Made by a program: the position numbers and the translations under genes
Shown here: one piece after another, positions 17,725-24,686 of the stretch
Layout: each line of letters begins with the position of its first letter
Numbering within the stretch: the stretch's first letter is position 1
Notes under the pieces: model-generated
What the model saw: only the letters and a program-made list of their open reading frames with translations
What the model was told of the DNA's origin: nothing
Databases searched by the model: none
NCBI GenBank assembly: GCA_023249935.1
Contig: JAHFBQ010000001.1
Location: 1 to 53,735, forward strand
Reading direction: 5' to 3'
From: a bacterium
GTDB lineage: Bacteria; Babelota; Babeliae; Babelales; RVW-14
DNA length: 53,735 nucleotides

Positions 17725-18023
17725 AATATTTAACGTTAATGCCTGATTATACTGGGTCTTGTATTAGGGATGATTTTGAAGGTCAAATTGAACCAACTCT
17801 TTTGGGATTGCCACAAAGCTTTCTTAGAAGGTTATATACATGGCAAGATTTATATAAAAAAATAATTCCACTAGACCAAGATGAGCGTGAAAAAAAAATT
17901 CATGAAATAGAAAGATTGGACCAAGAAGGTCTTTCTCTTGCCAAGGAGTTAAGACAACTGATACCTGGTGGTGCTAAAGTAAAATACTTTAGTGAAGGGC
18001 TTGGGAAAATTATTCACAGCTAA
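17721..18023 (+). CDS. Putative immunity protein for CT1
   Basis: 100-aa ORF whose ATG overlaps the toxin stop (ATGA, 17721-17724). The call rests on position only; no family recognised. Confidence 0.6.
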   Translation: MKYLTLMPDYTGSCIRDDFEGQIEPTLLGLPQSFLRRLYTWQDLYKKIIPLDQDEREKKIHEIERLDQEGLSLAKELRQLIPGGAKVKYFSEGLGKIIHS

Positions 18024-18058
18024 ATTAATAACTATCCAATAATTCATCTGCTATCAAA

Positions 18059-18240
18059 CCATCATGCGGTGCTAGCAACAGTAATACTGACACGACAAAT
18101 ACACATGGTTCATGCGGCAATGGCAGCATGAGAGAATACGACCACCTCTCATCTTCACCAGACGAAGGCTTGCCAGAGCCAAAAACTCAACCCTGTGATT
18201 GGAGCCAACAGCCGCAGATCCCGGGATTTGATGAGGATGA
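18059..18240 (+). repeat. Pre-toxin handle, copy B (3' part only)
   Basis: Aligns to about 17214-17396 of copy A and encodes ...TDTTNTHGSCG...SSSPDEGLPEPKTQPCDWSQQPQIPGFDED. The frame is open from 18032, directly after the immunity-1 stop region. Confidence 0.85.
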
Positions 18241-18694
18241 AGAGGTTTGGGAGAAAGGTTCTCTGGAAATCGAAAAAGAACTTCCTAATAGCAAAGATAA
18301 TCAACAAGAGAGTGATAATAGTGGTTTGATTCCAGATGATAATAAGCTAGCTAGAGGGCGAGCTATAAATGAAAATGGAAGGGTTTTTGAGAAGTTTCTT
18401 GAAAAAGAACTTGGAGCTCGTGGAAGTTTTAGAGTCACAAGCAAAATAAACGGGACTCGAGAATTTGATGGAGCTGTAGGAAATGTTTGGTATGAGGCAA
18501 AAAGCGGCGAATATTGGAATTTATTGCTATCAAATGAGAAAAAGTTAGCAAAATTTAAATCTGATATGGGAAAAGGTTTGCAAATTACTCGCGAATATGG
18601 AGTAGCTTATCAACTTCACTCGAACACCCCTATTCCAGAAATTATAAAGAAATGGTTAATCAAAATGGAGATTCGATTTATTGAATGGTTATAG
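18128..18694 (+). CDS. Orphan toxin cassette 2: handle remnant fused to a PD-(D/E)xK-like (restriction-endonuclease-fold) candidate nuclease domain
   Basis: Homology to the big gene extends upstream of the ATG to 18032. Downstream of PGFDED comes a new domain containing REFDGAVGNVWYEAKSG (D-x8-E-x-K). Confidence 0.6.
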   Translation: MREYDHLSSSPDEGLPEPKTQPCDWSQQPQIPGFDEDEEVWEKGSLEIEKELPNSKDNQQESDNSGLIPDDNKLARGRAINENGRVFEKFLEKELGARGSFRVTSKINGTREFDGAVGNVWYEAKSGEYWNLLLSNEKKLAKFKSDMGKGLQITREYGVAYQLHSNTPIPEIIKKWLIKMEIRFIEWL

Positions 18695-18727
18695 TATTGT
18701 TCATCTCATGAAAATGAAAAGGTTGTT

Positions 18728-19210
18728 ATGTCAGTTTCAGCATCTTTTGATTTACGAGTTGTACGATCTTCAGGGAAAGAGCTTGCTTCTCAGATTGAGA
18801 TTATCAAAGCTCTAGCAAATTATGGATGGTCATTTTTTCGTGGCGAATATGTTTGCTATTTGCCTTATGGTGATAACGATAATTTTAATTGGACCGCTGA
18901 GATTATCAGTTTTGAATCGTTTTTAAAAATATTGGAACAAAAAGAAAAGAGATCCGAACTCATTGGAGTTTCAATGACATGGAAAAATTCGAACATTGAT
19001 GGAGAATTATTAATTTGGGGAGCTGAAGAGGCGAGAAAGAATAAAATTCACACACCAATATCATTCAATATGGCAGCAAATCGGAAACGATTTATTTCTC
19101 AAAATAATTATGAAATTACCGATGTTAATTGGTATATGGAAAAATTACTTCCTGCGCTTAATCAGAATGGTATGTATGTTGAGTATTTTTCTTATGAGGA
19201 ATATGACTAA
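18728..19210 (+). CDS. Putative immunity protein for orphan toxin 2
   Basis: 160-aa ORF 33 nt downstream of the orphan toxin, same strand, with AAAAGG before the ATG. The call rests on position only. Confidence 0.55.
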   Translation: MSVSASFDLRVVRSSGKELASQIEIIKALANYGWSFFRGEYVCYLPYGDNDNFNWTAEIISFESFLKILEQKEKRSELIGVSMTWKNSNIDGELLIWGAEEARKNKIHTPISFNMAANRKRFISQNNYEITDVNWYMEKLLPALNQNGMYVEYFSYEEYD

Positions 19211-19651
19211 CACTTTAAAACTCATCGCCACGACCGCGAGCTGCGCAGCCTAGACGATATTGTAGTGGTTTTCGAGAAAGATACAAAAACCATTTGCGGC
19301 ATTGATACGATCAATGAACTTGATCTACTCAATGAGTATCCATCAAGAAAGACACACCAATGTATTCCCGCCCAAGAGCCAGCGTCTTCTTCAGGTGTCT
19401 GTCTTCCTGAAAAAAATGCTGCCGAGCCTTCACGTGGCAGCGACGGCGACGATACTAACGCGACAAATATGCATGGTTCATGTGGCAGTACAAGAGAATG
19501 CGACCTCATCTCATCTTCACCAAACGAAGGATTGCCAGAGCCAAAAAATCAACCCTGTGGTTGGAGCAAACAGCCGCAGCTCCCAGGATTTGATGGGGAT
19601 GAGGAGGTGGGGAGCAATGTTGATCTGCAGCCAACGCTCTCTTTTGTATGA
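19211..19651 (+). pseudogene. Orphan handle copy C without a toxin domain (remnant)
   Basis: The frame is open directly after the immunity-2 stop: HFKTHRHDRELRSLDDIVVVFEKDTKTICGIDTINELDLL...WSKQPQLPGFDGDEEV, then 15 unrelated codons and a stop. There is no upstream start context apart from GTG 19265. Confidence 0.7.
19221..19605 (+). repeat. Pre-toxin handle, copy C
   Basis: See copy A. This is the longest and best-conserved duplicate. Confidence 0.9.
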
Positions 19652-20154
19652 GGAACTTTATGAACGGTGACTTTAAAGTCGCCGACCTCGATTGTTTGAC
19701 CTGGTGCTAGTTCAACAAATTTTACACATTTAGTTACCGTTGCTCCGGCAAATGCGAGATTAAGAAATGTTTTTACGTGATTTTCAATGCCTACTGGACC
19801 ATAAATAGTAAACGGGCTTGGTGCAGCAATATCTTCTCCAAGGTCATGGGACCACTGGTTTACATGTAACCACGTCAAAATATCTGGAAGGTCGCCAATA
19901 TGATCAAAATGAAAATGAGTATAAAAAGCGCCGTGTAGCGTGGTTACATCGACATGTTTTGTTGCTGCCTGCAGAATGCCAGGACCAGCATCGACAAAAA
20001 CATGTGTGTTGCCGGCGCTTACGAGGTTACCAGGAGCTTTGCGGTGTGGTTGTGGCATGCATGTGCCAGAACCAAGGATAGTAAGCTGCGCAGAATAAGC
20101 GGTTTGTTGTAGGGTGATAGAGAGTAGAGAAAAGAGTAGCTGCTTGATTGACAT
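19549..20154 (-). CDS. MBL-fold metallo-hydrolase with N-terminal signal-like sequence, apparently 3'-truncated (likely pseudogene)
   Basis: Motifs LTILGSGTCMP, HFHFDHIGD (HxHxDH) and VPHTKESVG (motif-3 His). The frame then runs into the reverse complement of handle copy C (...STLLPTSSSPSNPGSCGCLLQPQG*). The later Asp and His motifs are missing. Strong RBS AAGGGAGG. Confidence 0.6.
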   Translation of the reverse strand: MSIKQLLFSLLSITLQQTAYSAQLTILGSGTCMPQPHRKAPGNLVSAGNTHVFVDAGPGILQAATKHVDVTTLHGAFYTHFHFDHIGDLPDILTWLHVNQWSHDLGEDIAAPSPFTIYGPVGIENHVKTFLNLAFAGATVTKCVKFVELAPGQTIEVGDFKVTVHKVPHTKESVGCRSTLLPTSSSPSNPGSCGCLLQPQG

Positions 20155-20166
20155 GGGCGTCCTCCC

Positions 20167-20724
20167 TTAATCAAGTTCTTTATCTTCAATTTCTTCTTTA
20201 GTTGTAAGTCCACTGATAGCAAAAGCTCGTTTGAGAGCCATGGCTTCAGCAACTTTGAGGATCATAGCGTTGGTGTACTGCTGCCAGATTGGAGCATCTT
20301 TTTTGTAATATTCTTTTATGCTGACAAAGACGGTGGTTGCCTTGTCTCTGTCCTTACGAAATACGCTGCAATAGGCGCCTGACAGTTTGCTTTTATCAAA
20401 CAGCAGATGTTCCGGGCCATAAGAAATATGGAGGCTGCCATCATCTCGTTTGGTCAAAATGTCATTTTGATAAACAACATCACTCTCGATGCCATTAAAA
20501 TTTTCATTAAGATTGGCTATTTTTAGATAGCCATCTCTGCTAGTCAAAATCGTTGTTTTGCTGCCGTACTTAATAAAATAGATCTCTTTTTTTAACGGAT
20601 CTAGATTGTACTCTTTGCAGAGATACATAAAGGTCTTAAATTCGTCATCGGTGGCTCCAGGAGCCACCGATTTGCGTAGAAGTTCTTCGTTTTCATGAGC
20701 TGTTGTACCGGTTGTTTTTGCCAT
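20167..20724 (-). CDS. RecT/Bet-family single-strand annealing protein (short form)
   Basis: GATDDEFKTFMYLCKEYNLDPLKKEIYFI, SRDGYLKIA and ...IWQQYTNAMILKVAEAMALKRAFAISGLTTKEEI match my recollection of the phage Bet/RecT signature blocks. Confidence 0.7.
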   Translation of the reverse strand: MAKTTGTTAHENEELLRKSVAPGATDDEFKTFMYLCKEYNLDPLKKEIYFIKYGSKTTILTSRDGYLKIANLNENFNGIESDVVYQNDILTKRDDGSLHISYGPEHLLFDKSKLSGAYCSVFRKDRDKATTVFVSIKEYYKKDAPIWQQYTNAMILKVAEAMALKRAFAISGLTTKEEIEDKELD

Positions 20725-20745
20725 GATATGATCTGCGCTCTTTCT

Positions 20746-21843
20746 TTACACCGCCTGGCGGTACTTCTCAGATTCCATAGCGGCCAAATACTTTAATTCT
20801 TCGTCTTCCAAGAACTGAAGATCTTGAGGTGCGATATTTTGTGTAACATTAACCACAAGAACCGACAGGTGGAACTTGAGGACTTCTTCAATTTCACGTG
20901 CCTTGCGTACTGAATCTGCTACGAAGAAAATAAGGTCATTGCAGATGATGACGCGTGGATAATCACCAAAATTTTCTTTGAATTTATTCATGGTGTCAGT
21001 GTCGTTGAAATCGCTCAAAATTAGTAAGCGGCTGCCGCAGTACACCAAGGTATCAGGGAAAAACGGTTTCTGTAGGAACAAGGGCTTGGCATTGGTGATC
21101 AACTCTTTTAGGCCTGCATCGCAAGACAAGTAAGAGACTTTATTCAACCCAAAAACAGCATTAACGCTTTCAGAGATTACCGAGGTAAGGCGGTAGGTAT
21201 TATTGGTGATCTTGAGGAATTGTTCAATTTTGATAGTAACTTCTTCAGTCAAAAATTTAACTTCTTGAGCGGTTGCTGCGCTGACAATGAGCCCGTGATT
21301 CTGCAAGAAAATGATCGAAGGCTTTTTGCCATGTGCTTTGATGTACGAGGTTACTTGTGGTTCAAGTTCTAGTGCCAACTCAATGCCTACCGTTTTATAG
21401 GCAACGCAGAGGCTTTCTGGATACAATTCTGTAAAAAGTTCACGCCAATTCTTGCGGCAGGCAAGCGTGTTTACTACGATGCCGTGCGTGTGTAGCGTGT
21501 AAGTATCAAGATAGGCATGCAGAAATGTTTCAATAGAGGGGCGCGCTGAGGCGTTTTTATCTTTGACCTTCATAAGAAGTTCTTCAGCAGCTTTTTCAAG
21601 ATCACCCTTTTCAAGAGATTCTTGTTGTTTGTGCAGTTTAGTTAGGCCTTTGCGTAGCGGTGCAAGATCAATTGATACAAAGCCTTGCGCAGCACCTACC
21701 TCGCTCAAGCTGATACCAGATGCCTTGATAAGCATCTGGCCGTCTTCAGTTTTATAAGAAGAGTTGCCGCCGCCAGCTTGTACTAAATCAAAGCGTTGGC
21801 CGGCCCATTTCGACAATTCAATAAGATCAAATGGTGGAGTCAT
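20746..21843 (-). CDS. Class II aldolase/adducin-domain protein (like the aldolase half of bifunctional rhamnulose-1-phosphate aldolase/SDR proteins)
   Basis: Motifs AGGGNSSYKT...MLIKASGISLSEV, YTLHTHG and PDTLVYCG. 365 aa, with no SDR domain. Confidence 0.6.
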   Translation of the reverse strand: MTPPFDLIELSKWAGQRFDLVQAGGGNSSYKTEDGQMLIKASGISLSEVGAAQGFVSIDLAPLRKGLTKLHKQQESLEKGDLEKAAEELLMKVKDKNASARPSIETFLHAYLDTYTLHTHGIVVNTLACRKNWRELFTELYPESLCVAYKTVGIELALELEPQVTSYIKAHGKKPSIIFLQNHGLIVSAATAQEVKFLTEEVTIKIEQFLKITNNTYRLTSVISESVNAVFGLNKVSYLSCDAGLKELITNAKPLFLQKPFFPDTLVYCGSRLLILSDFNDTDTMNKFKENFGDYPRVIICNDLIFFVADSVRKAREIEEVLKFHLSVLVVNVTQNIAPQDLQFLEDEELKYLAAMESEKYRQAV

Positions 21844-22547
21844 GATAGCCTCTTTTCAAGGTCATAGAAGGTCGAACATGTTTTAAACAGTGAATGCTCT
21901 GGTTGAGTTGTACTTGGTTCAGGTGTGAGCCAATAGGTTTCCATGCCCAAATGTTGGGCGGGGATGATATCGGCTGCAAGGTCATCGCCGATCATGCATA
22001 ATTCTTCAGGGCGAAGCTGCATTTTTTTGCATGCGGCTAGAAAAATTTTTTGGTCAGGTTTTTCACAACCGACCTCTTCACTGGTAATGAGATAGGTGAT
22101 GAGGTGATCGATTCCAAGCTGTTCAAGTTTTTGGTACTGAATATCAGCAACAAAATTGGTGATGATTCCTATTCGATAGGTTTCTGCTAAGCGGCCTAGA
22201 GATTCATTGAGTCCAGGGAGGGGCTTCATTGTAGCAAAAAACGCTGCCCAGTATTGTTTATATAAATCAGTTGTGAGTTTGGGCGAAAAAGATCCAAGCT
22301 GCTCAAGCATTGCTTGAATATAAAGTAAGCGATGATGGGATGCTGCAGTTGCATGTAGACGACGTTTAACTTGCTGTTTGCCCTGTTCGTAAACAAGCTC
22401 CAATTCTGCTTTGGATATTTTAGAAAGGCTATGCAAGCAGTCTAAAACGACAGCAAGTCCTGCCTGGTGAGCGGGCTCGTATCTATACAACGTGTTATCA
22501 AGATCGAGCAAGAGGCCTTTTATTGTTCCAGTGTGACTAGCGTGCAT
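21840..22547 (-). CDS. HAD-superfamily hydrolase (phosphatase-like)
   Basis: Motif I LLLDLDNTLY, motif II ITNF, motif III/IV K...MIGDDLAADI. Strong RBS AAGGAGAG. ATGA overlap with the downstream gene. Confidence 0.8.
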   Translation of the reverse strand: MHASHTGTIKGLLLDLDNTLYRYEPAHQAGLAVVLDCLHSLSKISKAELELVYEQGKQQVKRRLHATAASHHRLLYIQAMLEQLGSFSPKLTTDLYKQYWAAFFATMKPLPGLNESLGRLAETYRIGIITNFVADIQYQKLEQLGIDHLITYLITSEEVGCEKPDQKIFLAACKKMQLRPEELCMIGDDLAADIIPAQHLGMETYWLTPEPSTTQPEHSLFKTCSTFYDLEKRLS

Positions 22548-24597
22548 TTCTCTCCTTCATGCTTTCACTAATAACCATTAAGCAGATAAACTGCACGAAG
22601 CCATCGAATCCGTCAAGCCATTCAAGCTTGCTTGCCAAAAGTTCTTCGATGTTTGGTAGCAAGTCAGCGTACAATTGATGAAGCACCTGTGGGGGTAGTG
22701 GCTTATCTAAAATGAGTTCCTGCGTGCGTAGATCATCTGCATAATTCCATTCAGGTGAGCTGCCTTCTTGGATGAGCGTTTGTAGTAATGGTTCAATTTT
22801 AACATTTGAATCGAATGTAATTTTCAATTGTACGGTAAAGGAGGCGTGAGGGTCACCTACTTCAAAGATATCTTTGGTGAAATAGTGGATGACGATGTCA
22901 GCAAATTCCTGCTGAGGTGTAATATATTTTTTTATATCTTCTGCGCGGCGACGCATTTGCTCGAGAATGCGTTCTTTGCTGTGGCCTCGTTCCCGCATGT
23001 CGCGCACAATCTTCCAATGCTGTTTAATTTCTTCTTGAGGGTCCAAATAAATCTTTATATCCACAAGTTTGCGCATTTTGGGCAAATACAATGGATGCAG
23101 CCCACTGAGTAAAATAAACTCTGTCGGTTCAATTTTGCGTGGAGCGTCAAATTTGCCTGAGTGGTGGTTGTAGTCAATGCGCCAAGCAGGCTGATTATTT
23201 TTGAGTAATAACAATTGATCTGCTTGGCGATGTAAAAAATTGGCTTTTGGGTTGAGGTGGGTTACTTCTTGCCAATGAGCATCGCCGCGTTCCCAACGAT
23301 GATCGCCATCGCCTTCAATCAAGGTTGCTCTATGCCCAAATATATTAGTGAATTGTTTCATGAGCGTGCTTTTACCGGTGCCGCTATCGCCGCTAATGCC
23401 GATGACTAAGTTTTGTTGCCGAGCATACAGTTCATTACTTTTGATACCGGTTTTGTACACAAAATAGATAACCAAAAATAAAACACTCTCGAGAAGTGTG
23501 AAAGCAATGCTAGCCAGCTTGTCATGGTGGATTTTGATATCGAGGGGGCTGCCTAAAAATAGGAGATCATTAATTCCTTTTTCATGATAGAAAAATACAA
23601 AAAATAGCAAGTAGGCAAGATTGAGTCCAAGATATAGCAACACGAGTAAGCGATTGTGCTGGTAATTGCGGATGAACAACAAGGCGACGAAGGGGAGCAT
23701 CCAGACATACCACGCCGGTGCAGGAATAATGAAAAATACCAGCAGTGCAAACGTAATGGCCAAAAAACTATCGAGGAGATCGAGATTGATTTTTTTATAG
23801 GTAAAAAATCGGCCATATAAAACGAGGAGCGCAAACAGAGGGACAAGTAGTTTTACGTAGCCAAGCTGTGCAAACACATCAAACACCATCATCTGCTTCT
23901 GGTGGGTCAATACCATGCGATAGAACCCTTCAGACATGATAAAAGGTGCAACAAAAAAGCCATACACCATTGCAGCTAAAGCACTAAACGATATCGCTGT
24001 TTTAAGACCATTGTTTTTCCATAAATAAATAGCGAGTAGAGGTCCTGCGGCTGCTACGTGAAATTTAGTTGCCAGTGCTGTGCCAAACACTGCGGCGGCC
24101 AGTAACGGGTTTTTTCTTCTGATTAGGTAGAGTGCTAAAAAGAGCAATGTAGTCGGAATGATGTCTAGCTGGGTATGAATGAATGAGGCGTAGAGGATGA
24201 TCGGTGAAAAAGAGAGAAAAAAAATGGTCTCCAATGCCTTGCCATTGCTAGATCTAAGCATGAGGTAGGTTAAGAGGCTGTCGGCGAGGAGGATTGGCAT
24301 TTTTAGGAGCAGTGCTTGTATGGCCAAAGAGGCACTAAATAAATGACCCATTTTGACAAACGATGTTAGTAGATACAGAGTTACCGGGTTGTATGGAAAT
24401 TCGATGCCGGTACCAAGTTGCCAAAAATGTTGCCATGGGTTGTCGCCATGTGTTGCAAAATGATCTACAAACGGTAAGAAAAATTTAGAAACAAATTCAG
24501 AACTAAAGATGACCAGAAAAAGAAACTTAATAGCGATACTTATGATGAATAGTAGCCGGTAATTATTAGCGCAAACACGATCCAACACTCTCTTCAT
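22537..24597 (-). CDS. Fusion protein: N-terminal GT-C-like (DUF2029/GT87/PIG-V-like) membrane domain + C-terminal phosphoribulokinase/uridine-kinase-family P-loop domain
   Basis: Multi-pass region 23413-24597 (HGDNPWQHFW...FPYNPVTLYLL...LLKMPILLADSLL). Kinase region 22537-23412 (VIGISGDSGTGKST, IEGDGDHRWERGD, THLNPKANFLH, SGLHPLY, KIVRDMRERGHSKE, ITPQQEFADIVI). AAGGAG lies 5 nt before ATG 24597 (track start 24684). Confidence 0.7.
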   Translation of the reverse strand: MKRVLDRVCANNYRLLFIISIAIKFLFLVIFSSEFVSKFFLPFVDHFATHGDNPWQHFWQLGTGIEFPYNPVTLYLLTSFVKMGHLFSASLAIQALLLKMPILLADSLLTYLMLRSSNGKALETIFFLSFSPIILYASFIHTQLDIIPTTLLFLALYLIRRKNPLLAAAVFGTALATKFHVAAAGPLLAIYLWKNNGLKTAISFSALAAMVYGFFVAPFIMSEGFYRMVLTHQKQMMVFDVFAQLGYVKLLVPLFALLVLYGRFFTYKKINLDLLDSFLAITFALLVFFIIPAPAWYVWMLPFVALLFIRNYQHNRLLVLLYLGLNLAYLLFFVFFYHEKGINDLLFLGSPLDIKIHHDKLASIAFTLLESVLFLVIYFVYKTGIKSNELYARQQNLVIGISGDSGTGKSTLMKQFTNIFGHRATLIEGDGDHRWERGDAHWQEVTHLNPKANFLHRQADQLLLLKNNQPAWRIDYNHHSGKFDAPRKIEPTEFILLSGLHPLYLPKMRKLVDIKIYLDPQEEIKQHWKIVRDMRERGHSKERILEQMRRRAEDIKKYITPQQEFADIVIHYFTKDIFEVGDPHASFTVQLKITFDSNVKIEPLLQTLIQEGSSPEWNYADDLRTQELILDKPLPPQVLHQLYADLLPNIEELLASKLEWLDGFDGFVQFICLMVISESMKERNAR

Positions 24598-24686
24598 ACG
24601 CTCTCCTTGTGCTTTGTTGAGCCTTGAGCATACTAAGTTTGAGAGAGTATGTAACCAATCTAAATGTAAAAATTCTGGAGGCATTA
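24598..24686. promoter_or_regulatory. Divergent intergenic control region between the GT-C/kinase operon and the plus-strand GT-C pair
   Basis: 89-bp gap flanked by clear SD sequences on both strands (AAGGAG for 24597, GGAGG for 24687). Promoter hexamers not confidently assigned. Confidence 0.4.
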
